A stretch of 64,000 nt of DNA from Batkoa obscura (Eukaryota), in the NCBI GenBank assembly GCA_030770535.1, contig JASVEC010000001.1, positions 1 to 64,000 of the forward strand, given 5' to 3'. Position 1 is the stretch's first letter, and each line of letters starts with the position of its first letter. Both the position numbers and the translations under genes were made by a program. The notes beneath the pieces were generated by a model that ran no database searches, had not been told where the DNA came from, and worked only from the letters and a program-made list of their open reading frames with translations. Below are positions 23,583-34,063 of the stretch, piece after piece.

Positions 23583-25088
23583 ATGGCTTTAGATAATATA
23601 AATGATAATATAGTGATTACTATCATGTTCTTTTGGAACTTATTTATAGTAGGTTCGTCAGTATTATTTGTACATTTGCGAAGCAATTTGACTATAAAAT
23701 TTCGAAATGTTGGATTAACATTATATGGGGTTGTAGCTACATTACTCCTTACAAATATTTATTTTATGACAATGCTGAGACCTTCTACTGTCCCTTGTCA
23801 TTTTGTTTTATGGGCTATTTCCTTATGCGCTCCTTCTTGGTTCTTATCTCTTTTTGGAAAGTTTTTTTTACTAGCCTTTAGTTACCAGCATGCAAAATCA
23901 AAATTGAAGGCAAATACAGCTCTAACCTTTTTGGATAGCAACCATGCCAGCAGTATAAATCACGATAGTAATAAAAAGAATAGCAATCTTTTCAATTTAT
24001 TTAGAAGAGATAAACATGAATCATCCAGAGATGCCGAATTGGGTCGTAATTGGTATCATCAGAATAGAAATCGATGGACAACTCAATCAGTATGTGTATG
24101 TATTATTATTATGCTTGGTTTTCATGCCGTGGTAGCTGCATTGACACAATGGTTAGACCCAAAGTATCATGTGTTAGCAACACCGCAATTAAATTGTATT
24201 CAAGGTAATGGTATGATTCCATTGTTTATTACTGCTATCTTATATTTTGGTGTTGGAGGCCCACTCTTAGTTATTCTACTATGGCCAGCTAAAGATGCTT
24301 ACTGGCTTAAGTTTGAGTTGGTAGCTTTAGTATTGACTACTTCTCCAATCATTACCTTATTTTTACTATTCACTTATGTTGGATTTCTTGGGGAGAAATT
24401 TTATCCAGTTATATTTTTACTACCATTCCATTTACTAACTCATTGCTCATCTATAGTCATTCCTATATTAGATGTGTATCGTAATCATTTAAAGAAAACA
24501 CCAAATAACTTTGCCAAGTTTCACCTCATGTTGAAAGATCCAGATCAATTTACCGATTTTAAAGAGTTCACTGTCAGTGACTTTACAATTGAAAACCCCT
24601 TATTTTATGAAGCATATATTACTTTTTTAAATGAATATGACCCTAATTTATTATTAAATAATCCACTACACCAAATTGATTCAAACCTTACAAAGAAATC
24701 AATTTTACCTAAGCTAATACCAAACAAATGGAATCCATTACAAAGTACAGCCCATTTAAATGAGCCCCACAGTGTAAATAACAATAATATCTTGATGGAA
24801 AATATTTCACGTGATGTTGAAAGCACTATAATAACCGTTGATAAGAACCTAGCCTTAACGCCTTTAAATGGAAAAGAGACAAGGGAGCTATTGAATATCT
24901 ATGAAAAATTTATTGCCCCTGGCTCCGATTATCAGTTGAATTTAAATGGAACAACTGTAAGACAAATAAAAATGAGAATTAATAACCAAGAGTATGATCC
25001 ACTGATGTACATGCCAGCTTTAAATGAAGTACTCGATTCAATGTATCGTAATACCTACGTTCGTTTTATAAAATTTCAGCAATTTTAA
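23583..25088 (+). CDS. 7TM-RGS receptor (GprK/AtRGS1-like architecture), paralogue A, 501 aa, intronless
   Basis: Seven hydrophobic segments then an RGS box (FKEF..DFTIENPLFY; IYEKFIAPGSDYQLNL; VLDSMYRNTYVRF); start set at MALDN by alignment with the paralogue. Confidence 0.88.
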   Translation: MALDNINDNIVITIMFFWNLFIVGSSVLFVHLRSNLTIKFRNVGLTLYGVVATLLLTNIYFMTMLRPSTVPCHFVLWAISLCAPSWFLSLFGKFFLLAFSYQHAKSKLKANTALTFLDSNHASSINHDSNKKNSNLFNLFRRDKHESSRDAELGRNWYHQNRNRWTTQSVCVCIIIMLGFHAVVAALTQWLDPKYHVLATPQLNCIQGNGMIPLFITAILYFGVGGPLLVILLWPAKDAYWLKFELVALVLTTSPIITLFLLFTYVGFLGEKFYPVIFLLPFHLLTHCSSIVIPILDVYRNHLKKTPNNFAKFHLMLKDPDQFTDFKEFTVSDFTIENPLFYEAYITFLNEYDPNLLLNNPLHQIDSNLTKKSILPKLIPNKWNPLQSTAHLNEPHSVNNNNILMENISRDVESTIITVDKNLALTPLNGKETRELLNIYEKFIAPGSDYQLNLNGTTVRQIKMRINNQEYDPLMYMPALNEVLDSMYRNTYVRFIKFQQF

Positions 25089-25256
25089 CTCCTTTATGTC
25101 TATATTTTTTATAAAATTGATTCATCCTTATTTCATATTTTTAATTCAATAAACTTAGATTTAAATAAGAATGAAGTTTATTTAAGTACTAACTTTAAAT
25201 TGTACTTGTACCTTATAATTAATATATTAATTTTTTATTGAATATTAAAAGCTATA

Positions 25257-25357
25257 TGGAGATGTTTTTTGTGGTTTCATTATTTTTCCCATTTTTTAAG
25301 CGCTATTTGAGTGGAAAGATTGTTAGTAAAATTGTTGAACAAAAAAATACATCCCCA
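25257..25357 (+). mobile_element. MITE family M, copy 5
   Basis: TGGAGATGTTTTT...AATACATCCCCA, flanked by ATA/TAT. Confidence 0.9.
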
Positions 25358-26267
25358 TATTCATTCCAGCTTTTATAACTATAACAAAACTAGGTATGAA
25401 AATTTGTATAAATATTTTTGAGCATAGGGAAGTGAAGCTTTCAAGCGTTTTGTTGGGAGTAAAATTTTTTAAACGCAAGTTTGATGAGAATCGGAAAAGG
25501 AAAGAGGAAATGAAGCTATGGTAATGATGGAAAGTATCATAATTCCTTTCTTTTAGGTTCAAGTTTTAGAAGGTTATATTTAATATTTGAAATTCCATTT
25601 TGTACAGAAGGAATGCCGCTTTTTGTTTCAATATTTAGTTAATATTTTTTACTCAATTTTGAATTAAATAAAAAATGAAAAAAATAATGAAACATAAAAG
25701 ATATTCCTAAGTATTATTTGAAAAAGAAATCAATGTTTAATATGCTGAATTTGAATATCCTTAGATATAAATTATTTCAAAAATAAACAAGCTATAAAAA
25801 CTGGAAATCATCTTTTTCATATAAAATCATATAAAAAAACAATACTGCTAAAAAATATCATTTAAGCATAGTGTATTAGTTTTGAGTAAATAAAAGCTAT
25901 AAATTCTTTTAAATGTATAATTATTTAAAGCTTGCTTTTATAACTAATTTATTTATTAGCTTTTTCTTTTATTTAATAGGGCTCAGACTGAATAAAATTA
26001 TGAAATATATACAATCATTGGGTAATTGTTACAACATACGAATAAAAACAACCCATAGTTCGAGTTTATTTTTATTTATAACTTTAGGCAAAGCATACTC
26101 CCAAATTAAGTAATATGGCAATTGAAGATTATTTAAAACTCAGGGTTTCCAAGAATAATTTGTACAATAATTTACAAAACGATTAAGTGGTGGATAAAAG
26201 AAAAATAATTGAATTTTTATTTTTATTACTTTTTATTTCACCTTAATCTATTTTAAAAAAACTCAAA

Positions 26268-27578
26268 ATGTTAAAGTTTAACACTACCCTAGCCCAGAAT
26301 ATATTAGTCGGGTTTATATGTTTCTGTTGTCCAGGGATGTTCAATGCGTTAAATGGTATCGGAGGAGGAGGTTTAGAAGATCCAACTGTTGCCTCAAACG
26401 CTTTAGTTGCGCTCTATACCACATTTTCTTTAGTAGGAGCTTTCGCTGGTGGTGCTATTAACAATATCTTAGGGACCAAGCTTACTATGTTAATAGGTTG
26501 CTTAACCTTTGCGCTATACTCTGGTTCATTATTAGCTTATAATAATATTGAAAATCATGCTATAGGTTCGCCTCTTGTTATTGCAGCAGGTGCCATTCTA
26601 GGGATTGGTGCAGCTATGTTGTGGTCAGCACAAGGCGCATTAATGATGGCATACCCTTTAGAAAGTGAAAAAGGGAAATTCATTTCGGTTTTTTGGGTTA
26701 TATTTAATATTGGAGGTGTATTAGGCGGCTTGATTTCATTTGGCATTAATTTTAATAACAGTTCAGCTGGGGTAACCTCTGGTACTTACATTGCCTTTAT
26801 GTCATTAATGATAGTTGGAGCATTAATTGCATTGTTGTTATTACCACCTAATAAGGTTGTCCGTTCTGATGGCTCTCCAATAGAGGTTCCGAAATATCCA
26901 TCGCCTATTGAAGAAATTAAAGGAGTCGCAAAGGTATTTTTTGATTTTAAGATGATATTGTTGATTCCGTTATTCCTCTCTTCTAATTGGTATTATACTT
27001 ATGAATTTAATACATATAATGGGTTATTATTTAATATACGTACTCGTTCACTTAATAATGCCTTATACTGGGGTACTCAAATGATTTCTGCTACTATATG
27101 GGGTAAGCTGTTAGATAATCCAAAAATGACGCGTAAGCAAAGAGGTTTCTTGGCTTTGTCTTTATTAGCATTGATTGTTTCTGCCATTTGGGGTGGGGGT
27201 TTGGCTGTACAGCTTAATTTTTCAGTAGAAAATCCACCTAAGCCAATTGATTTCAGTGATAGTGGTTATGTTGGATTAGTATTTTTGTATATTTTTTATG
27301 GATTGGCTGATTCATTGGTACAAACCACTTCCTATTGGGTAATGGGGGCACTATCTAATGACTCTGCAGTTTTATCCCGTTATGCTGGTTTCTATAAAGG
27401 CATACAATCTGCTGGAGCAGCAGTTGCCTGGCGATTGAATGCTATTAAAACTGCTTATCTCGTTGAATTGATCATTAATTGGGCTTTAATAGTAGCTGGG
27501 TGTATAGCTGCACTTATAGTTGCTACTAAGATTAAAGAGTCTTCAAAAGTTGAACAAGAAGATAAAGTAGCTTATTAA
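26268..27578 (+). CDS. UNC-93-like MFS membrane protein
   Basis: Q..LVGFICFCCPGMFNALNGIGGGG, LWSAQG..MMAYP..EKGKFIS.FW.IFN.G, RTRSLN, RYAGFYKGIQSAG; about 11-12 TM segments. Confidence 0.92.
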   Translation: MLKFNTTLAQNILVGFICFCCPGMFNALNGIGGGGLEDPTVASNALVALYTTFSLVGAFAGGAINNILGTKLTMLIGCLTFALYSGSLLAYNNIENHAIGSPLVIAAGAILGIGAAMLWSAQGALMMAYPLESEKGKFISVFWVIFNIGGVLGGLISFGINFNNSSAGVTSGTYIAFMSLMIVGALIALLLLPPNKVVRSDGSPIEVPKYPSPIEEIKGVAKVFFDFKMILLIPLFLSSNWYYTYEFNTYNGLLFNIRTRSLNNALYWGTQMISATIWGKLLDNPKMTRKQRGFLALSLLALIVSAIWGGGLAVQLNFSVENPPKPIDFSDSGYVGLVFLYIFYGLADSLVQTTSYWVMGALSNDSAVLSRYAGFYKGIQSAGAAVAWRLNAIKTAYLVELIINWALIVAGCIAALIVATKIKESSKVEQEDKVAY

Positions 27579-27711
27579 AGTTAATTATTAACCCAAATAA
27601 ATAAAGATAAATATTTAAACAAATTAACCAAGAAATATTTATTTTCAAGGTCTTATTATTTAATAAAAATTGGTTTTATTCGTTTAAATTAATATAAATT
27701 AAACAGTATAA

Positions 27712-27811
27712 TAAAGATGTTTTTTTGGTTTCATTACTTTTTCCATTTTTTAAGCGCTATTTGAGCGGAAAAGGTGTTAGTAAATTTCTTAAACAAAAAA
27801 ATACATCCTCA
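27712..27811 (+). mobile_element. MITE family M, copy 6
   Basis: Family core intact; left TIR eroded (TAAAGATG for TGGGGATG). Confidence 0.88.
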
Positions 27812-27982
27812 TATCTTCTATTTGTTTGTAGCCCATTTCTATCATCTAGAGTCGTTTTCTAAAGTAAAAATATTATGTTTAAAAGATACTAGTTTGTGTT
27901 TTAAATATTTCATCATAATCAATAAACTTATTTTAGATGAGAAAATAAATTCAAATAATCTACTGTAATTATATAAATTATA

Positions 27983-28076
27983 TAGTGATGTTTCTTTTTT
28001 AAGAAATTTACTAACACATTTTCCTCTCAGTAGCATGTAAAAAATGGAAATAATGATAAAACCAAAAATACCTTCA
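27983..28076 (-). mobile_element. MITE family M, copy 7 (degenerate, inverted relative to copy 6)
   Basis: AAGAAATTTACTAACAC...AAAAAATGGAAA...AAACCAAAAATACCTTCA matches the reverse complement of the family consensus. Confidence 0.75.
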
Positions 28077-29256
28077 TATAAAGATTACAAATAAATCTAC
28101 ACTATATAAAGAACTTGATTTGAGGTTCATTGCTAGCTTTATATAAGATCATTTCAAAAGTAATCCTCTTTTTTGGTAAAAAAAGCTAGTTATTAGCTGC
28201 AGCATTAAATACCCTTTATCTTTATAAAAACTTACACCAAAAAACTTATCTACAGTAGTTGTATACAATTCCCACTTTAAATTATCAAAAAAGGAAATTT
28301 CTTATGAAGTTATCTAATCAAAAACCATTTTATGTTAAGAGATTATCATCAAAATTTAGGCTTCAATACTATAATGAGCACTATTTTTGGAACTTTATTG
28401 TTTTAATACTGTGATATACATAAAGCGTTGTGATATAGCTTCAATGATTTTATATTGAAAATTGTAATGATAATGATGAATTAAAAGTACTATTAAAAAA
28501 ATGTATTATGTTTTTTATGACAATACTAGGTGGGTTACTTTTGCTTTATCTTTTAGGGTTCCTTGATGTCTGTTAAAGATATGGAAACCAAGGAAAATAA
28601 AAGTAGCGACACCAACTTCCATGCTGAAATCATTAATAAGCACAAGAAGCTATTTTATCAATCTAAAGTTGGGTTATTGAATAGTGTGCACATAGCTTTC
28701 AAGGTTTAAAGTTCTTCTGTCCTTATTTTATGCTATTTGGTAATATGAGCTTAATCTAAATAATTCGATGTCTTTCAAAATCTTTTCAAAAGTAATGAGT
28801 TTTATATTACGACTCTATATTATTTTAAGATTTAATCATAATCCCTTTACAGAATTATCCTCACGCACTTAAATTATTTAAATATAAATCTCATTACCTT
28901 ACCCCTTAATATATTAACCTAATAAAAATTAAACCGATGCTCAAAATATAAACATAGGGTAATATATAGTATGGTATATATAAAAGTATAATAACAATAG
29001 CCTTTTGATAATAATTAGATCTAAAAATATACTCAAATTAAATAGTCATATATATTAAGATAGCATTTATCTAATAAAAAAGAAATTAAATTTTTGGTAA
29101 TAAACCCTTGCTCCTTAAAAATAATTAACTTAAAAAGGATATTATACCAACTATATAAACTCCTTTCTGATATAGGCCTTTCCTTAGAAACCTAAAAGTA
29201 TTAAAAATTAAAAATTTGTTTTCTTATTATTTATTTTTAATTATTTATTTATAAAA

Positions 29257-30762
29257 ATGGCTTTAGGCAGCATTGATGATAATGTAATAATCGGGGTTAT
29301 GTTCGTATGGAACTTATTCATTTTGAGTACATCTGGATTATTCTACTATCTACGCTCAAACTTAACCGTTAAGTTTCGTAATGTGCCATTGACTTTGTTA
29401 GGGGTCATTAGTACTCTATTACTTAGTAATACTTATTTTATAACAATCTTAAAACCCAACACAGTACCGTGCTATTTTGTTCTATGGGCTTTATCCTTAG
29501 GCGCACCAACCTGGTTTTTGACCTTTTTTGGCAAATATTTTTTATTGGCTTTTAGCTATCAACATGCCAAATCCAAATTGAAAGCTAATAGTGATCTCAC
29601 CTTTTTAGAAGATAGTTCCGCTGTTACGGATAAAAATGAGCTGGGCTTAAATACTAACTTGGATTCAACGTACCCTTCAACTGTAGGTTTCTTTACCAAT
29701 TTAAAAAATAACCGGGATGTAGAGTTGGGTCGCAATTGGTATCATCAAAATAGGAATCGATGGACAACTCAATCGGTATGTGTATGTATTATTGTTATGC
29801 TTGGATTTCATGCTGTAGTAGCTGCGTTGACTCAATGGTTGGATCCAAATTACCATAAATTAGCAGTTCCTCAGTTAAATTGTATTCAAGGTAATGGTAT
29901 GATTCCGTTGTTTGCTACCGCTATTTTGTATTTCGGTGTTGGTGGGCCATTCTTGGTTATTATGTTGTGGCCTGCTAAAGACGCTTACTGGCTTAAGTTT
30001 GAGTTGGTAGCTTTAGTATTGACTACTTCTCCAATCATTACCTTATTTTTATTATTTACTTATGTACAAACTCTTGGAGATAGATTCTACCCTGTAGCAT
30101 TCTTATTCCCATTTCATTTATTAACTCATTGCTCATCTATATTAATTCCTGTTATAGATGTGTACCGAATGCATTTAAAGAAAACACCAAATAACTTTGC
30201 CAAGTTCCACCTCATGTTGAAAGATCCAGATCAATTTACCGATTTTAAAGAGTTCACTGTCAGTGACTTTACAATTGAAAACCCCTTATTTTATGAAGCA
30301 TATATTACTTTTTTAAATGAATATGACCCTAATTTATTAAACGACAAAGTCGATCATCAATCTGATATCAAGAAACATACACGTTCTTTAATCCCGAAAA
30401 TGATAAAGTCTAAGTGGAATCCTTTAAGTTCTAGCAGCAACCTTGGTGCCGATACAGGCAAAGATGTACCAATGGAAAGGTTGAGTAACAATGTAGTACA
30501 GGTATTGAGAAGTAATCAAAGCACTGCTTTACGCCCCATGACAGGTAACGAGACAAGAAAGCTTATCCAGCTTTATGATAGATTTATTGCACCTGGATCC
30601 GATTATCAATTGAATTTGAATGGTACTACCGTAAGACAGATTAAAATGAAAATTAATAGTCAGGAATATGATCCATTGATGTTGATGCCCGCTTTAAATG
30701 AAGTACTCGATTCAATGTACCGTAATACATATGTGCGTTTTATCAAGTTCCAGCAGTTTTAA
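29257..30762 (+). CDS. 7TM-RGS receptor, paralogue B, 501 aa, intronless
   Basis: Same architecture and long identical peptide blocks as 23583-25088. Confidence 0.88.
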   Translation: MALGSIDDNVIIGVMFVWNLFILSTSGLFYYLRSNLTVKFRNVPLTLLGVISTLLLSNTYFITILKPNTVPCYFVLWALSLGAPTWFLTFFGKYFLLAFSYQHAKSKLKANSDLTFLEDSSAVTDKNELGLNTNLDSTYPSTVGFFTNLKNNRDVELGRNWYHQNRNRWTTQSVCVCIIVMLGFHAVVAALTQWLDPNYHKLAVPQLNCIQGNGMIPLFATAILYFGVGGPFLVIMLWPAKDAYWLKFELVALVLTTSPIITLFLLFTYVQTLGDRFYPVAFLFPFHLLTHCSSILIPVIDVYRMHLKKTPNNFAKFHLMLKDPDQFTDFKEFTVSDFTIENPLFYEAYITFLNEYDPNLLNDKVDHQSDIKKHTRSLIPKMIKSKWNPLSSSSNLGADTGKDVPMERLSNNVVQVLRSNQSTALRPMTGNETRKLIQLYDRFIAPGSDYQLNLNGTTVRQIKMKINSQEYDPLMLMPALNEVLDSMYRNTYVRFIKFQQF

Positions 30763-31574
30763 TTTTTCTATTCCTTTTACTATGAGTTATGTTCAAATAA
30801 ATGTTTATTTTGTTAATAAAAACTTTGACTTTCATTATATCTATGGTTTACATGGATAAATTTATAACTATGTTATAGTAAAAAGTATTTGGTACTACAG
30901 CCTTAATTATTAATGTCTCCGTAAGTTTTGAAATAATTTGAATTCACAATATATAAATATACAAGAGTTCATTGTTAATTAAATTGATGATAATGCTTAT
31001 ACAGGAGTAAAATATAACTTAATTTAATGTTTTAGTTATGAGTTAAAAAAATCAAATATTCAGTTTATAAAATCATTCTATTAAAATAACCAATTTTTAA
31101 ACATCCTATTTTTTAAATTAGTTATTTCTAGAAGCTTTTATTATAAAACTATGGATCTATTCAAATTTAATATTCAGATTTAATATTCAGATTCATTTTG
31201 CTTAGCTTTATAAAAATTATTTTTATATTCAATTTCATATTACTTTTGTATATTACAACTATTGATAATATTTTACTCTCAACATACTTTTTGATCACTT
31301 CAAACTTTTAATTTCACCAAGTATTTTATAGCCAATGAAGCTAATTTAGTAGCTATACTCATAGTCTATTGCCAAAAGAATCTATTTTTTTAATCCAATA
31401 AAAAATCTAATCGTTAAACCCCTCAAAGAGGAATTAAAATGGTACGATTTCATAGTAAGTTAAAGATGCAGAGATTTAATTTGCTAAAAAATTTAGTGTT
31501 ATGATTCGCTCATAAATCGAACTAACAAAAAAAGTATAAAAAGGTTTTATCAAAACATAGATTGAGAAAGAAAG

Positions 31575-32590
31575 ATGATAACCGAAATACAAGCATTTGT
31601 TCAACAAACAGTCGAAAGTTGTTTAGAAGAACCAAAGTTTATTATTCCTGATGGTTATCTTCCCAATGTGTTTGAAAGTGCATGGATGGAAATGTTCAAA
31701 TATGGAAATCCTTGGTTAGTGATCACCGTGTTTTCTCTGTGCTTACATGAGATTTTTTATTTCGGTAGGTATATTCCCTATATGATATATGACCAGATGC
31801 CTTCTTTACAGAAATACAAGCTTCAAGAGGTAAAACTATTTGTTATTTATATATTATAAAATTAAACCGTATTTAGGATAAAGTAGTAACCTCTGAGGAG
31901 AGGTGGCACTGTACAAGGCAAGTGCTATTTGTACATTTCTTTTATGCTGGCGCTTATATCGTTTTCTTTTACCCCATTGCTAAAACCCTTGGTTTAGACT
32001 TTTTTAAAATTCCATTCCCAGATTGGTAAGTCAATATTTATATTTTATAAAGCTAATATTTAATTATTAAAAACAGGAAAGAGCTTTTTGTTCATTTAGC
32101 CGTCTGCTTCATTGTTGAAGATTCTTGGCATTACTGGTTACATCGCGCTATGCATTATGGTCCTTTCTATAAATATATCCACAAAGTTCACCACGAATAC
32201 TCCGCCCCCTTTGGTATTGCCGCCGAATATGCTCACCCCATTGAAGTAGCACTATTAGGCTTAGGTTCCTTTTTGGGACCCATGTTAATTTTGGGTGTAA
32301 GCGGAAATATGCATGCAATTACAGCAGAAATCTTTGTAGCTTTACGCATCTGTCAAGCTGTGGAAGCTCACTCAGGTTATGATTTACCTTGGTCCTTACA
32401 TAATATTATCCCATTTTGGGCTGGTGCTGAACATCATGATTTCCATCACCAAGCTTTTGTTGATTGCTATGCATCATCCTTCCGTTGGAACGATTCCATC
32501 TTTGGAACTGATAGTAAATACCACTCTGCTAGAGAGCGTATGAGACAAAAGAAATTAAAGATGAGTCAGAATAAGGATAAGACTCAGTAA
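31575..32590 (+). CDS. ERG25: C-4 methylsterol oxidase (2 introns)
   Basis: LHEIFYFGR, EDSWHYWLHR, HKVHHEYSAPFG.AAEYAHP.E, HSGYDLPWSL, GAEHHDFHH histidine boxes. Confidence 0.97.
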
Positions 32591-32976
32591 ATTTAGTAAT
32601 TAATTCAAAATAGTATATTATAAATAAATGTTTTTAAATTTACTAATGGTTTTTTGGATTGATATAATACAATTTTCATATTCTAAATAATTTTATATCA
32701 TGCGGTTAATTATTATTAGCAAATTTGTTGATTGCTCAAATAAAGTATAATATTAAAAGAATGTTTTTAAAGATATCTTGGTAGTTTCTATAAATAGTGT
32801 ATATATAATTTTTGTTTTTTAAATAGTATATAATTTATTTTTAAAGTATTTCAAATAATCTATAATTGTTCCTACTCCAATTTTTTAATAAAAGATAGGA
32901 ATTTACAACATTTTATGATTGGCTAACTAAAACCCATAAACCCTTTCAAAAAAATTATATTTTTTCACTCACAATA

Positions 32977-34010
32977 ATGTCCAGTTTAAGAAACAGTGTA
33001 CAACGACGCAATCATGCCGAAAGAAGTCAACCAGCCCGACGACAACATCTGGGTATCTTAGAGAAACATAAGGATTACAAGCTTCGTGCTACAGATTATC
33101 ATAAGAAACAAGATACCTTAAAGAAATTAAGGGAAAAAGCAAGATTTCGTAATGAGGACGAGTTTTACTTTAAAATGATAAACACAAAGACGAAGGTAAG
33201 TGAATTGAAATCGATCTTATATTGGTAAAATTTAAGGAGCAAATTTTAGGGCGGTGTTCACATTAAAGAAAGAAGTGGCGTCCTTGGTGCAGATATTATG
33301 AAATTGTTGAGAACTCAGGATTCTAATTATATTCAACAAATGATTAACATTGAGCAGAAAGTAAATTGATCAAAAGTTATAAATTAAGTTATTAAATATT
33401 ACTTTAGCAAATAGAAAAATTAAAAGATGGTCTATCGTTTATTGATGAAGAAGAGGAGGAAGAGGAAGAGGAAGAGGAAGAGGAAGGGTCTAAGGCCAAA
33501 AAGAAAGTCAAACATACCATATTTGTTGATGAGGATGAAAACAGTACTATTTAAATAATGTTTTGATATCAAATGCTTATATATTTATAGTCGAAAGCTT
33601 TGATGTAGCAGACCATTTCGATACCTTACCTTCTTTGGTGGAACAAAAGCACTTGCGTTTACGCAAAAGTACATTAAAGAACAAACCATTAGATCCTAAT
33701 TTTATGAAAAAGGTAGTTGTATAGCTATTAAGTTGATAATCTTATTTAGAGTTAGGAATTACTCGAACAAAGGAATGAACAAAAGAAAAGAGAATATACC
33801 CATCTCAAAGAAAGAATGGAACGTTTAGATCAGTTGAAGTTGGCTTTAAGAGAAAGTGAGATTCAAAAATCTTTATTGGTAGTTCATTATATGTTTTTCA
33901 AGTCAACATTAATCTAATTTAATTTTTAGGGCAAAGGTAAAAAAGAAAAGATTGGAAAAGATAGCCGAGGTTTGACTATTTGGAAGTTTCAGCAAGTTAG
34001 AAAGAAATAA
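32977..34010 (+). CDS. UTP11: U3 snoRNP-associated protein Utp11 (5 introns)
   Basis: [52 protein letters not shown]; terminal WKFQQVRKK*. Confidence 0.96.
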
Positions 34011-34063
34011 ACTAACAAATTAATAAAATCTATAGAACATAAATAAAGAGTATAATATTTAAT

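Noticed and set aside
25630..25710. Possible 14th, highly eroded MITE M copy
   Set aside because: Only ~40 bp of A-rich similarity and no second TIR.
28130..28740. Possible decayed LRR-type gene (PKNLSTVVVYNSHF fragment)
   Set aside because: A single short motif is insufficient evidence.
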